From NCBI GenBank assembly GCA_963748885.1, contig CAVVLC010000064.1, positions 21,943-85,942 of the forward strand: a stretch of 64,000 nt of DNA, read 5' to 3'. Origin of the DNA: an uncultured Actinomycetota bacterium (GTDB lineage Bacteria; Actinomycetota; Actinomycetes; Mycobacteriales; Mycobacteriaceae). The position numbers and the translations under genes were made by a program. This document shows, piece after piece, positions 11,857 through 23,919 of the stretch (positions are counted from its first letter, which is position 1; every line of letters starts with the position of its first letter). The notes beneath the pieces were generated by a model, which saw nothing but the letters and a program-made list of their open reading frames with translations, was not told where the DNA came from and did no database searches.

Positions 11857-14450
11857 TGTCTGAGCATTGGCCGTTTGTTCAGCGTGATTCTGAATTCGCG
11901 GCGCTTCGCGCCGCCGTGGTAGGGCAAACCGACGCCCATGGCATCGTTGTGGTCGGCGAACCCGGTGTGGGAAAGACAACGTTGATCCGCCAGGTCACGC
12001 AGTCGCTAGACCGTCACGTGCACTGGGTCGCGGGAACGGAGTCCGCGCGCACCATTCCGCTGGGCGTATTCGCTCACCTCGTTGACGAGTCCGCGGGACG
12101 CAACCCGCTGGCCTACATGGCTCACGTGCGTCAGGCGCTGCTGGCCGAGGCCAACACTGTGCTCGTCGTCGATGACGGGCATTTGCTCGACGGGTTGTCT
12201 GCGACGGTCCTGCATCAACTGGCGCTGGACGGCGCCGTGCGCATCGTCGCGACGCTGCGAACCGACGTGCCGGTGCCCGACGCGGTCATGGCCCTGTGGA
12301 AACGGCTACCTGCAGCGCCTGCATTTGGCGCCGTTCACCGAAGAGCAATGCGGTGGACTCATTGAAGCAGCGCTTGGCGGCCCGGTCGAGGAATTGAGCG
12401 CCAACGTGATGTGGCAGGAGTCCGGCGGTAATGCCATGTACGTCCGGCAACTCGTCGAGGGCGCCTTGGATGCGGGCACGTTACGGGAGATGCGCGGAGT
12501 CTGGCAGCTGCGCGGGCGTCCCGCGGTAACCGCCGAGCTGGTTGCGCTTCTTGGTGCCCGGATCGATCAGATGTCCGGGGATGTGGTGCGGGCGCTGCGG
12601 TTGCTGACCTTCTGCGAGCCACTAGATCTGAGCGTGATGATTCAAATGGTGGGGGACGACGCCGTCGAACAAGCCGTAGCGAATGGACTGATCCGGGTTG
12701 TCGACGCGGGTGGTCGGTGCGAGGTCCGGTTCAATCACCCGCTTTTTGCCGAAGTGATGCGGCGGCGTCTTGGCGTGGCGGCGGCGCGTAGGGTGCGCGG
12801 GGAACTGGTACGAGCGTTGCGGGCCAACCCGATTCGCGGACCGGCCGAGCGCATTCGGTTGGCCGAGCTCATGCGGGAAAGCGACGTGGCACCGGATGTC
12901 GAGTTGATGGTGGCGGCCGCCACGGACGCGATAGAGCTGACGAACGTCACCCTCTGCGAGCAATTGGCTCGCACCGCGGTCGACTGCGGCGGCGGGCTTC
13001 CCGCCACCCTGCTTTTGTCCAGGTCGCTGGCGTGGCAAGGCAGAGCGGCCGAAGCCGAACAATGCCTGGATGTGTTCAACCCGGATACGATGACCGAGAT
13101 CGAGCTGCTGTGGTGGGGGGCCGCGCGTTTGATCAACTTGCAGCTCTCGATGGGCGACGCCGACAGCGCCGAAGAGGTCCTCGGGCTGCTGCCCGCCCGG
13201 GCGAGTCAGAGGCTGTCGGGAGTGGTGGATGCCCTGGCCGCGGCTTCGCTGGCGGTGGCAAACCGCCTGACTGAGGCCGCGGAATTGGCATGGCGGGCAA
13301 TAACGGATCCGCTAACGGTGCCGCCCGCGGTAGGGGCGGCGGTTTACGGCGGTGTGATGGCACTGGGGTTGATGGGCCGCGGCGATGAAGCCTTGGCTGT
13401 GGCCGGCCGCGGCCGCGTGGTCGCGAACCAGACCGACGGGATGATGCGGTACTCGATGGGATTTGCCGAGGTGCAGGCACTCGTGCTGCGCGGGGACTTC
13501 GATGCCGCTGAGGAACGGTTGGAAGACACGGTCGGGATCACGTCTTCAGGGCAATACCTGGCGTGGGATGGCCAACCTGATGAAAGCCACGGTCGCACGC
13601 GCTCGCGGCCGGTTTGCCGACGTGGTGTGGCGCATGGAGCAGACGGTCGCCGCGATGACCACCGAGTCGGCCGCGTGGTGGAGTTACCCGCGACTGGTGC
13701 TCGCGCAGTCAAATTGCGCACTGGGCCGCAGCGATGCGGCCGCGGCATTGATCGCCGAATTGCGATCCCGCTCAGTCGGTGGCCATAACGCGGTCTATCG
13801 ACCGCAGTTGCTGATCGCCGAGGCGTGGCTTGCCGCGGCGCAGGGTGCGGTCAGCGTGGCTGTGGCTACTGCGCTGCAGGCTGCCGATCTGGCCGAGCAG
13901 TGTGGTCAGCGGGCTGTCGAGATGCTGGCCCTGCACGACGCGGTGCGGTTCGGCGACCGCACGGTATTGCAGCGTCTGGTCGAGGTCGCGGGTGGCGTCG
14001 ACGGCCGGCTGGCTACCGCGTATACGGCGCATGCCATCGCACTACAGAATCGTGATGCTGCGGCGGTGTTTTCGGCGGCTCACGGGTTCGGGCAAATGGG
14101 AGCGCAGCTGTCGGCCGCCGACGCGGCCGCCCAGGCGGCGGATATGTTTGCGGCACAGGGGGAATCAGCATCTGGCCTTGGAGGCCGCCGCCACGGCTGA
14201 GCGCATCAGCGCCGAGTGCGGTGGAGTCCAAACCCCGGCATTGATATTGGCCGCCTAGCCGTTGCCGTTGAGCGCCCGCGAACGCGAAATAGCCAGCCTG
14301 GTGGCGCAGGGGCTGTCGAATCGGCAGATCGCCGAGCAGCTTTCGTTGTCCACCCACACCGTCGAGGGCCACATATACAACGCGTGCAAGACGTTGAGGG
14401 AGGCCAACCGCGACGCATTGGCGGCCAGTATCCGTGCCACCGGGAGCTAA
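11856..14450 (+). CDS. LuxR-family regulator with N-terminal AAA/STAND ATPase (frameshifted into 4 ORFs)
   Basis: Walker A GEPGVGKT, Walker B LVVDDGH, SGGNAMY, FNHPLF, C-terminal HTH LSAREREIASLVAQGLSNRQIAEQLSLSTHTVEGH. Confidence 0.85.
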
Positions 14451-15789
14451 CCGCACACCGCTACCGGGAGCACAACTGGGCCGGGCGCTCAATGCCAAGC
14501 CGACGTGATCCTCGGGTGCCATCGAGCGGACGTCCGTCCCGGGCCGCAATTGCACCCGCCGCCTCGGCCGCCCAGCTGGCCACCCCCCCTGCACAGCGCG
14601 AACCTCAACCACCAGCCAAGCGGTCTGGGGGTGCGGTTGCCACGCTCGACGATGCACTTGAAATACCAACACGCCACAGATGATCCACCGATACAGCTCC
14701 AAAACTACTGCACCACTGCACATTCCAATTGACGCGAGCGTGCCCGATTGTCTGCCCACCGCGTCGCTGCTGGGTGCACCCGCGTCGGGGGCCGATCCCA
14801 ACAAGAAGCGAATGCGTGACGCGCTGGCGGCCGCGCTCACCTGGCCTTGGCGCCGCACGGATTCACCCTCGCCCAGCCCCGAAGATCCGCGCACTGACGG
14901 GCGCATTCAGCGCTGAATACACCACCCGAAAACCGGGCCGGGACCTACGGGAACTTCCCGGCAGACGAGTCTTTGATAAGTCTGCATGCCCCCACCGCGA
15001 CCAGACCCGCAGTTTGCGGCGCGCACCATCAATGGGCCACTCACGCTGCGCGACCAGGCCATCGCGCCCGTCCTCTCGGGAGTTCGCGGCTCAAGCGCGG
15101 ATCGGAGCCCAAGCCCTGCAACAGAATCGACTGCTACCACCATGTCGACGCTTATTTGTTGGCCGAGTGCGACTGGAGTCCTCAAGCGGCGAGCGGGTGC
15201 CCGGGGGTAGAGAGAACTGGGCCGCCAGCACAACGTGTAAGCATCGGCCCTTGGACCGCACAAAGGTTCAGCGGGCGACGGAGACTACAGCCCACGCAGT
15301 GGCCGGTGATCTCGACTACGCAGCGGTGGCCCTGGTGTCGCGCCTGACATCCGTACTTGCGTTTACACGAATCGTTGATACACAACCACTTACGCTTCCG
15401 CCACAATGATCCGCGGGCGGTCCGGGGCCGAGCTTGAGGTGTTTCTGACTTAACCGCAGCGATGCCGCGCGACATTACCCAACGCTTGCGCCTCCCGGTG
15501 GGGTGCTGGTTGGGCGATGGTAGGCCAGGCGGCCTTGATGCCTGCCAAAACCGACGCTTTGCAAGCCTGTATGTAGGGGCGGTGTGGCCGCCGTCGGCGG
15601 CCAATCGTTCACACGGTCAGCAGGATCGGGCCGGCGGGGAACGTCGCGATCCAGGTCGAGGCACTCGGCGGTGAGCGGTTCCGCCCCGGCGGCGTGGTTG
15701 CCGGCCCTCCGACCGCGAAGCACAACGCCTGCTTAAGACCCATCCATGCCGTACGTACCTTGGTGAGGTTTCGACAACCGCTGGAATTG

Positions 15790-16330
15790 CGTTACCCACG
15801 ACCACCGGCCGCACCGTCTGAGCCATCGGTGCCATCGGCGCCGCTGCGCGTGCCGCCGGAGCCTGCAGTGCCGGCGGCGCCGCCCGATCCCCCGATGCCA
15901 CTGGTCGGGGACGGCGGGGACGGCGGCAGCGGCGGAGCCCGGCGGCGACGCTACCGGCGGCACCCATCAACCACGCAGTACCACCGGCACCCCCGGCACC
16001 ACCGCTCCCGAACAACCCCGCCGACCCGCCGGCCCCACCGGCCTGACCATCTGCCCCGGATCCGCCGTTGCCGCCGTTGCCGAACAGCCATCCACCGTCG
16101 ACACCAGCTGACCTACTACCAGCCGCAGCGTCCGAACCGTTACCGACCAACCGACGACCAAACAAATCCTCGAAGGGTGAAAAAATCGCGCCATTCGTCG
16201 CCTGCACACTCGCTAACGACGAGGCACTCGTCGCCTCAACGGCCCTATACGAGTCCCGTCGTCTACTGCGCGCGACGACATCACGCGGTATCGAATTGGA
16301 GTGACAAGCGCGACAACCCTTTCACAACAG
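15790..16330 (-). pseudogene. PE_PGRS remnant
   Basis: FGRRLVGNGSDAAAGS..GGWLFGNGGNGGSGADGQAGGAGGSAGLFGSGGAGG (GRPLIGNG linker variant plus PGRS). Upstream degenerate PE tail SYRAVEATSAS, with stops. Confidence 0.75.
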
Positions 16331-16639
16331 CAACGCCAAGCCGTCCACGTAGAAGCAAGCGACAACCACAGAATCGACAACACCATTGCCCCAAGGCGGA
16401 TTCAGGTCGTCCATCGCGGACCCCGCCCAGCGCCCGGCCAGCACCTGCACGTCTCCCGATCGATCTCGGAGTCGACCATGGCGCTGGCCCCGCTGACTGG
16501 ACTCCCGGCCCGGCGTTCTTGGCTCGTGGAGCGCTGTTGCGGGAGCTGTCAACCCCTCTACTTCACTTGCGTTGAACGCAATATTGTGTTCGGGATTGTC
16601 TGCTAGACGCCGATTAGGTGGCTGCCTAGCGTCTGCACT

Positions 16640-17484
16640 GTGATCAGGATGTCTGAGGGCTTAATCACCAATGCTTCGACGGTCGACGACATCGCAATGC
16701 CAACCCATCTGCCGCACCACTGCTCGCATACCGACGCATTTAGCTCCCCGGTGCGGCCCGCGCCGGTGCGCATCGTCCGTACGGAGTACCTTCGCTCTGG
16801 ACCGCTCGAGCCCGCGCAGTTCTCTGCGCTAATGGATCAGCTATACGACGTCTACTCCGAGACCGTGCATGGCTTCACGCGCGAAGAACTCGCCGTCCAT
16901 ATCGCCGCCGACAACGCTCGCCTGGCGATCTGTCATGGCACCAACGATGAACTCGCTGGTTTCTCATGCGCCCGGCTCGAGCGCGTGGAACAGGCGGGCC
17001 GGACGCACGCCGTGTTCTGGGCGGTCGTGTATTTCCGTCCGGGCTACCATGGCGGACTATCGAGTGCGTTTTTCGGCCTAGGTGAAGCTCTGCGCTTCAA
17101 GGTCCGCCACCCGCTCACGCCCATCGCGTACTTCACCCGCGCCTCATCACCGGCGGTCTACCGCCTGCTGGCGTCGACCATGCCCCGGCTTTACCGAGCC
17201 TCGAAAACCAGGCTCCAGATGAGGTCGAGGGTCTTGTTCGTGAGCTGAGCGCGCGGTGGCATTACGTGCCGGTCGGCGATGACCCGTGGATCGTGCAATC
17301 GCGCGCCGTGCCACGCGACCCGTCGCGACTGCGTGAGCTCAGCACGGACCCCTATGTGCGGTTCTGTACCGAACTCAATCCTCGCTACGCCGAGGGCGAA
17401 GCGCTGTTGACCTGGTTACCCCTGGACATGATCAACATCGCGCGGGGCCTTGTTCGCGTGCTGCGCAGGCGGTTCGCATCATGA
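16640..17484 (+). CDS. Hypothetical protein, possible GNAT-like fold (frameshift near 17200)
   Basis: ORFs 16640..17248 and 17266..17484 join. LAGFS...VYFRPGYHGG resembles a GNAT beta4/motif A; stop overlaps the next ATG. Confidence 0.55.
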
Positions 17485-17954
17485 GTATTGCGGTCGGCAC
17501 AACCGGGTTGCAACAGTTCGCTCGGACGATGCTGATCGCCCTGGTCGCCGCGGGAGCGTATGGCAGTTGGGCGGCGTTAGCCCACTACAATAATGGCCTG
17601 GACGTGGCGCTACGCGCGGGGCTGACACTGGCAGCGCTGACCTTTACCGCGACCACAATGCTGGTATTCGTGCTCGAACGCCTGTTTCGCTTGTCGTCCA
17701 ATCCTTTGCATGGCTTCTGGCTCGCCTCCATTGTCACCTCGACGCTGTCGGCGGCTTGGCTGGCCACAGGCCACATGTTGATGGGAACGCCGCGCGTTGT
17801 AGCCGCGGTCACGCCGTCCGTGCTCATCGGCACCACGCTCTACTTCGCCTACGCGAGCGGGCTGCTCGCCCGCGCAAGGCGCGCACAAGTCCCGGACCCG
17901 GGCCGCGTCGTCGTTAGCGCGGGATCTCGCAGTCAGCCGACGACGCGGGCGTAG
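17481..17954 (+). CDS. Hypothetical 4-TM membrane protein
   Basis: Four hydrophobic segments; ATGA overlap with the upstream gene. Confidence 0.6.
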   Translation: MSIAVGTTGLQQFARTMLIALVAAGAYGSWAALAHYNNGLDVALRAGLTLAALTFTATTMLVFVLERLFRLSSNPLHGFWLASIVTSTLSAAWLATGHMLMGTPRVVAAVTPSVLIGTTLYFAYASGLLARARRAQVPDPGRVVVSAGSRSQPTTRA

Positions 17955-17964
17955 CCTGGCGCCC

Positions 17965-18429
17965 ATGAAACCTGGTGACACCGTGGCCGACTTCGAACTT
18001 CCCGATCAGAGCGGAAAGCCACGCAAGCTCAGCGACCTGCTTTCCACCGGTCCCGTGGTGCTGTTCTTCTATCCGGCGGCAATGACGCCTGGGTGCACCA
18101 AGGAAGCCTGCCACTTCCGCGACTTGGCCGCGGAGTTCGCCGCTGTCGGGGCGAACCGGGTCGGCATCAGCACCGATCCCGTCAAAAAACAGGCCAAGTT
18201 CGCCGACACACAGAGTTTCGACTACCCGCTGCTGTCGGATAGCGAAGGCACCGTCGCCACCCAATTCGGCGTCAAGCGCGGTCTGCTCGGCAAGCTGATG
18301 CCGGTCAAGCGCACCACCTTCATCATCGACACCGACCGCACGGTGCTCGACGTGATCGCCAGCGAGTTCAGCATGGACTCCCACGCCGACAAGGCATTGG
18401 AGACGCTAAGGGCGCGCAAGACCGCGTAG
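17965..18429 (+). CDS. bcpB: Peroxiredoxin (Bcp family)
   Basis: LFFYPAAMTPGCTKEACHFRD; KRTTFIID. Confidence 0.93.
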   Translation: MKPGDTVADFELPDQSGKPRKLSDLLSTGPVVLFFYPAAMTPGCTKEACHFRDLAAEFAAVGANRVGISTDPVKKQAKFADTQSFDYPLLSDSEGTVATQFGVKRGLLGKLMPVKRTTFIIDTDRTVLDVIASEFSMDSHADKALETLRARKTA

Positions 18430-18457
18430 ATCGGCGGCGCCGCAAGCCCGTTCGGCG

Positions 18458-19555
18458 CTACGGGACGATTGCGAGAAACACGTAGGCGGCGACCAGCACC
18501 AGATGCAGTTCGCCCTGCAGTCGGGTGGCCCAGCCGGGCACCACCGTCAGCACGCTGATCGCGACGGTCAGCACCAGCAGGACCAATTGGGTGGGGCCGA
18601 GACCGAGGACGAGCGGTCCTTTGAACCATATGGAGGTGAGTGCGATGGCCGGGATCGTGAGCCCGATGCTGGCCATCGCCGAGCCGTAGGCCAGGTTGAG
18701 GCTGGTTTGGATGCGGCCTTGCCGTGCCGCACGCGCCGCGGCGAGGGTCTCCGGCAGCAACACCAGCGTGGCGATCACCACGCCGACGAAAGACGGCGGG
18801 AATCCGGCCGCCGACACCAAACGCCCGATGGGTTCAGACTCCTCCTTGGCCAGACCCACCACCGCGACCAGCGCGACGAGCAGCAGCGCGAGGCTCGTCA
18901 GCGCAGACCGGGTGCTCGGCGGCTCCGCGTGGCTCTCGTCCTCGAAATACTTCTGCCCCTTTTGGGTTACCGGCAGAAAGAAGTCGCGATGCCGCACGGT
19001 CTGCGTGAACACGAACAGCAGGTAGAGCCCCAGTGAGGCCACCGCCGCGAAGGCGAGCTGACTCGGTGAGAACTCGCGCGCCGGGTAGGTGGTGGTGAAC
19101 GTCGGCACCACCATGCTCAACGTCGCCAGCGTGGTTACCGTGGCCAGTGCGGCGCCGCTGCCGTGGGCGCTGAAGACCGTCACACCGTAGCGCCGGGAAC
19201 CGAGTAGCAGCGACAAACCGGCGATCCCGTTGGTGGTGATCATCACCGCTCCGAACACGGTGTCCCTGGCGAGGGTCGCCGCCTCGCTCCCGCCGGACGC
19301 CCGGAGCGTGACGATCAGGGCGACCTCGATGATCGTGACCGCGACTGCGAGCACCAGCGACCCGAACGGCTCGCCGACCCGGTGTGCGACCACCTCGGCG
19401 TGGTTGACTGCGGCCAGAACGGCACCGCCTAGCAGCACCGCCACCAGCAGCGCCGGCACCGTTCCGATGTTCTCGCCCCACGCCGCTGCCAGCGCGACGA
19501 GGGCAAGCAACGGCACCGCTAGGGTCCAGGAGCTCCAGGACACTCGTTTCAACAT
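18458..19555 (-). CDS. chaA: Ca2+/H+ antiporter
   Basis: HAEVVAHRVGEPFGSLVLAVAVTIIE, LLPE, NLAYGS. Confidence 0.9.
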   Translation of the reverse strand: MLKRVSWSSWTLAVPLLALVALAAAWGENIGTVPALLVAVLLGGAVLAAVNHAEVVAHRVGEPFGSLVLAVAVTIIEVALIVTLRASGGSEAATLARDTVFGAVMITTNGIAGLSLLLGSRRYGVTVFSAHGSGAALATVTTLATLSMVVPTFTTTYPAREFSPSQLAFAAVASLGLYLLFVFTQTVRHRDFFLPVTQKGQKYFEDESHAEPPSTRSALTSLALLLVALVAVVGLAKEESEPIGRLVSAAGFPPSFVGVVIATLVLLPETLAAARAARQGRIQTSLNLAYGSAMASIGLTIPAIALTSIWFKGPLVLGLGPTQLVLLVLTVAISVLTVVPGWATRLQGELHLVLVAAYVFLAIVP

Positions 19556-19652
19556 CGACCGCCATTCTCATCGAAGCCGCTCGGCTGTCCCGCAGCGGCA
19601 CCCGGCGGCGATCACCCGATTGCCACGCTGACGCGCTCAGTAGCATGCTCAC

Positions 19653-21185
19653 ATGCCGCAAAGTGATGGCCTGACAGAAGGACAAGTGTTTGCCGGGTAC
19701 ACGATTCTTCGGCGGTTGGGCGCCGGCGGCATGGGTCAGGTGTATCTGGCGCAGCACCCGCGCCTGCCCCGCAACGATGCCCTCAAAATCCTGCCCAGCG
19801 ACCTGACCGAGAACGACGAATTCCGCCAACGCTTCAACCGAGAGGCCGACCTGGCCGCAAGCCTGTATCACGAGCACATCGTCGGCATCCACGACCGCGG
19901 CGAATACGAAGGGCAACTGTGGATCTCGATGGACTACGTGGAGGGAACCGACGCCGCGAAACTCTTGCGCACCGAGTACCCGTCCGGGATGCCGCAAGCA
20001 GACGTCGTCGCCATCATTTCGGCCGTTGGCGACGCGCTCGATCACGCCCATTCGCGCGGACTGCTGCATCGTGACATCAAACCCGCCAACATCCTCTTGG
20101 GCTCGACTTCTCAGGCCAGCCCCCGGCGGCGGATCCTGCTCGCCGATTTCGGCATCGCCCGTGAGCTGGGCGAGATCAGTGGTCTGACCGCGACGAACAT
20201 GCTGGTGGGGACCACCGCGTACTGCGCGCCCGAGCAGCTGCAGGGTTTTGAGCTCGACGCGCGAGCCGACCAGTACGCGCTCGGATGTACGGCGTTTCAC
20301 CTGCTGACCGGGACCGCCCCGTTCGAACACTCCAATCCGGCGGTGGTCATCGGCCAGCATCTGAACGCGCCACCACCGCTGATCGGGAACAAGCTACCCG
20401 AGTTGGCACGGCTCAACGACGTCATTACCAAGGCAATGGCCAAGGACCCCAACGAGCGCTATGCGACGTGTGCGGATTTCGCGGAGGCACTGGCCGGTCA
20501 TGCTGACACCGTCTCGAACGCGGTCGCCGGCCCCACGGAAGTGATCTCCGGACCGACGCAGGTCATCGCCCCGCCGCGGGCCCCGGCCGTCGCAGCGCAG
20601 AAATCGAGCGGCGGCCTGCGCAATATGGCAATGATCGCGGTGGGGCTACTTGCGGTCGCGCTGGTTGCGGTCGCCGCGGTCGTCGGCGTGCGCATGCTCG
20701 GCGCGCGTGCCAAACATCACAGCAACAGCAGCACGCCCTCAGCGTCGGTGTCGGTGGTACCCCCCAGCAGTGGCAGCGCGCCCAAGTCAGCGCCGGCGAT
20801 TAAGCTGACCAGCCAGATCACCGATGAATCGGGCGTGCTGGGCCCGGTCGAGCGCGCCGCGGTCGAAACAGCCCTCACCAGGCTCTACAACCAGCGCGGC
20901 ACCAAACTGTGGGTGGTGTACGTCAAAAACTTCGGCGGCCTTATGCCGGCCAGGTGGGCCGAGGACACCATGCGCGCCAACGGTTTCACCGATAGCGACG
21001 CCATCCTGGCCGTCGCCACCGACCTGCCGGCCTACGCCTTCCGGGTGCCCGGCGCGGTAACCAACGGAAAAGCCATCGACCTCGAGGCCATTCGCATCCA
21101 GCGGATACACCCGGCGGTGGCCCGCCACGAGTGGGCCCGCGCGGCGATCGCCGCGGCCACCGGACTGGACGTCGCACCAAGCTAA
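19653..21185 (+). CDS. Ser/Thr protein kinase with TM helix and C-terminal TPM-like domain
   Basis: [27 protein letters not shown] near aa 325-348. [21 protein letters not shown] resembles a TPM (TLP18.3/Psb32/MOLO-1) domain. Confidence 0.88.
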   Translation: MPQSDGLTEGQVFAGYTILRRLGAGGMGQVYLAQHPRLPRNDALKILPSDLTENDEFRQRFNREADLAASLYHEHIVGIHDRGEYEGQLWISMDYVEGTDAAKLLRTEYPSGMPQADVVAIISAVGDALDHAHSRGLLHRDIKPANILLGSTSQASPRRRILLADFGIARELGEISGLTATNMLVGTTAYCAPEQLQGFELDARADQYALGCTAFHLLTGTAPFEHSNPAVVIGQHLNAPPPLIGNKLPELARLNDVITKAMAKDPNERYATCADFAEALAGHADTVSNAVAGPTEVISGPTQVIAPPRAPAVAAQKSSGGLRNMAMIAVGLLAVALVAVAAVVGVRMLGARAKHHSNSSTPSASVSVVPPSSGSAPKSAPAIKLTSQITDESGVLGPVERAAVETALTRLYNQRGTKLWVVYVKNFGGLMPARWAEDTMRANGFTDSDAILAVATDLPAYAFRVPGAVTNGKAIDLEAIRIQRIHPAVARHEWARAAIAAATGLDVAPS

Positions 21186-21191
21186 AGCGGT

Positions 21192-21539
21192 CTATCCCTC
21201 AGGATCCAGCAGTACCGCCGTGTCGAAGCAACTGTGGTTACCGGTGTGGCAGGCCGCGCCGACCTGGTCGACCGTCAACAGCACGGTGTCGCCGTCGCAG
21301 TCGATGCGCACCGAGTGGACATACTGGGTGTGGCCCGATGTCGCGCCCTTGACCCACTGCTGCCTGCGGGATCGCGAATAGTAGGTGGCCTCACGGGTTT
21401 CCAACGTGCGCGCCAGTGCCGCGTCGTCCATCCACGCGACCATCAACACGTCGCCGGTGCTGCGCTCCTGCACGACGGCGGTAAACAATCCGTCCGCGTT
21501 GCGCTTCAGGCGCGCCGCGATCTCCGGGTCCAGCGTCAT
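21192..21539 (-). CDS. hisI: Phosphoribosyl-AMP cyclohydrolase
   Basis: [29 protein letters not shown]. Confidence 0.95.
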   Translation of the reverse strand: MTLDPEIAARLKRNADGLFTAVVQERSTGDVLMVAWMDDAALARTLETREATYYSRSRRQQWVKGATSGHTQYVHSVRIDCDGDTVLLTVDQVGAACHTGNHSCFDTAVLLDPEG

Positions 21540-22351
21540 CGCACCGCGGTCCTTACCGTGATCTGTTCTGCGGCCATCGCCGCCTTCACCTGCCCGATCG
21601 TCAGCTCGCGGAAGTGAAAGACGCTGGCCGCCAAAACCGCATCGGCGCCGGCCGCCACCGCGGGGGCGAAGTGTTCCACCGCCCCGGCGCCGCCGCTGGC
21701 GATCACCGGCACCGTGACCGCGGCGCGCACCGCCCGCAGCATCGGCAGGTCGAACCCGGCCTTGGTGCCGTCGGCGTCCATGGAATTCAGCAGGATCTCC
21801 CCCACCCCGAGGTCGGCGCCGCGGGCCGCCCACTCGACGGCGTCTATACCGGTGCCACGACGACCGCCGTGGGTGGTGACCTCCCAGCCCGACGGTGTCG
21901 GCGCCGAGCCGGCGGGCACAGTGCGGGCGTCGACGGACAACACGATGCACTGGGAGCCGAACTGGGTTGCCATTTCTGCCAGCAGATCTGGGCGCGCGAT
22001 GGCGGCGGTGTTGACCGAGACCTTGTCCGCCCCCGCGCGCAGCAACGTGTCGACGTCGGCCACCGCACGCACCCCGCCACCGACGGTCAGCGGGATGAAC
22101 ACCTGCTCGGCGGTGCGACGCACCACCTCCAGCATGGTGGCCCTGCCCGACGACGATGCGGTCACGTCCAGAAAGGTCAGCTCGTCGGCGCCCTCGGCGT
22201 CATAGGCCGCCGCAAGCTCAACCGGATCACCCGCGTCGCGCAGATTCTCGAAATTCACTCCTTTGACCACCCGGCCGTCGTCAACGTCCAGGCAGGGGAT
22301 CACGCGTACCGCAACGCCCCCACGACCCGGAAGGTCACCGTCCGCATACAT
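21536..22351 (-). CDS. hisF: Imidazole glycerol phosphate synthase cyclase subunit
   Basis: [39 protein letters not shown]. Confidence 0.95.
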   Translation of the reverse strand: MYADGDLPGRGGVAVRVIPCLDVDDGRVVKGVNFENLRDAGDPVELAAAYDAEGADELTFLDVTASSSGRATMLEVVRRTAEQVFIPLTVGGGVRAVADVDTLLRAGADKVSVNTAAIARPDLLAEMATQFGSQCIVLSVDARTVPAGSAPTPSGWEVTTHGGRRGTGIDAVEWAARGADLGVGEILLNSMDADGTKAGFDLPMLRAVRAAVTVPVIASGGAGAVEHFAPAVAAGADAVLAASVFHFRELTIGQVKAAMAAEQITVRTAVR

Positions 22352-23163
22352 CAGTAGTCCTCCGGTTTGCCGGTGCTGCGCAGGATGTCGAGAATCTGGC
22401 CGTGCGCGCCGGGCGCCGCGGCCAGAGCGGACCGCGCCGCGGGGGTCCAGGGTTCGCCGGCGAGGTTGGTGACGATGCCGCCGGCGGCCTGAACCAGGGC
22501 GACCCCCGCGGCATGATCCCACACGTATCCTCCGAAACTTATTGATGCACCGAGGATTCCGTCGGCAACGTAGGCGAGGTCGGTGCCGGTAGACCCGTGC
22601 ATGCGCAGCCGCGAACAAACCCGGCTCAGATTTTCCAGCACCGCAACCCGATAGCGCCCGGGAAACCGACCGCGCGAGTCGGCGTTGAACGTACCCACCC
22701 CGACGAGCGCGTCGGCCAGCTGGGCGGAAGCCAGCGGCGGCCGCGGCACACCGTTTTTCAGCAGCGGTCCACCCGCGATCGCGGTGTAGCGCTGACCCGT
22801 GAACGGCAGCCAGGTCAGACCGGCCACCGGGTCGCCATGGTGCAGCAGGCCCAACAGAATCGCCGCCATCGGAGAGCCGGCGGCGTAATTGAACGTGCCG
22901 TCGATGGGATCCAGTACCCATACCCACGGCGAGTCGACGGCGGCGCCACCGAATTCCTCGCCATGCACCTCGATTCCGGTAGCCTCTGTCAGCGCGGCGA
23001 CGACCTGGCGCTCGATCGCAAGATCGACCTCGGTGGCAAAGTCGTTACCTTTCTTGCGAACCGCCGAATCGGCGCGGTGGCCGACCAGGAACGGCTCCGT
23101 CGCGGCATCGAGGATGGCCGACGCCGTTTCAACCAACGGGGCCACCAGTGCGTCCAGCTCCAC
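22351..23163 (-). CDS. impA: Inositol monophosphatase family protein
   Basis: [21 protein letters not shown]; located in the his operon. Confidence 0.9.
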   Translation of the reverse strand: MELDALVAPLVETASAILDAATEPFLVGHRADSAVRKKGNDFATEVDLAIERQVVAALTEATGIEVHGEEFGGAAVDSPWVWVLDPIDGTFNYAAGSPMAAILLGLLHHGDPVAGLTWLPFTGQRYTAIAGGPLLKNGVPRPPLASAQLADALVGVGTFNADSRGRFPGRYRVAVLENLSRVCSRLRMHGSTGTDLAYVADGILGASISFGGYVWDHAAGVALVQAAGGIVTNLAGEPWTPAARSALAAAPGAHGQILDILRSTGKPEDY

Positions 23164-23170
23164 TGGTTGT

Positions 23171-23917
23171 CTACTCTCGCACCGCGGCCAGCGCCTGCGG
23201 CAGGGTGAATCTCCCGGCGTAGAGGGCCTTGCCCATGATGGCGCCCTCGACGCCACGGCCGGTCAGCGTCGCGATAGCGCGCAGGTCGTCCAGGCTGGAC
23301 ACGCCGCCGGAGGCGATCACCGGGGCTTGGGTGCGATCGGCGACCTGGGCCAGCAGGTCGAGATTGGGACCCTCCAGCGTGCCGTCCTTGGTGACATCGG
23401 TGACCACGAACCGCGAACATCCTTCGCTGTCAAGGCGTTCCAGCACCTTCCATAAGTCGCCGCCGTCGGTTTCCCAGCCGCGTCCGCGCAACCGGTGTTC
23501 GCCGTCCGGATGGCCCTTCTCGATCTGCACGTCCAACCCGACGGCGACCTTGTCTCCGTGCTCGGCGATCACCCGCGCGCACCACTGCGGGTTCTCCAAA
23601 GCGGCGGTCCCCAGGTTGACCCGCGCGCAGCCGGTGGCCAGCGCCGCGGCCAGGGAATCGTCGTCGCGGATGCCCCCCGACATCTCGACCTGCACGTCGA
23701 GCTTGCCCACCAGTTCGGCGAGCAGTTCGCGGTTGGAACCACGTCCGAACGCGGCGTCGAGGTCCACCAGGTGGATCCACTCGGCGCCGTCGCGCTGCCA
23801 ACCCAACGCGGCGTCCAGCGCCGAGCCGTACTCGGTTTCACTGCCGGCTTTCCCCTGCACCAAACGCACGGCACGACCATCGACCACGTCAACGGCAGGT
23901 AACAAGATCAGTGTCAT
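23171..23917 (-). CDS. priA: Bifunctional HisA/TrpF isomerase PriA
   Basis: [38 protein letters not shown]. Confidence 0.93.
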   Translation of the reverse strand: MTLILLPAVDVVDGRAVRLVQGKAGSETEYGSALDAALGWQRDGAEWIHLVDLDAAFGRGSNRELLAELVGKLDVQVEMSGGIRDDDSLAAALATGCARVNLGTAALENPQWCARVIAEHGDKVAVGLDVQIEKGHPDGEHRLRGRGWETDGGDLWKVLERLDSEGCSRFVVTDVTKDGTLEGPNLDLLAQVADRTQAPVIASGGVSSLDDLRAIATLTGRGVEGAIMGKALYAGRFTLPQALAAVRE

Positions 23918-23919
23918 GT

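Noticed and set aside
14986..15210. Possible second degenerate LuxR HTH (PLTLRDQAIA...)
   Set aside because: Similarity covers only a few residues and cannot be supported without an alignment.
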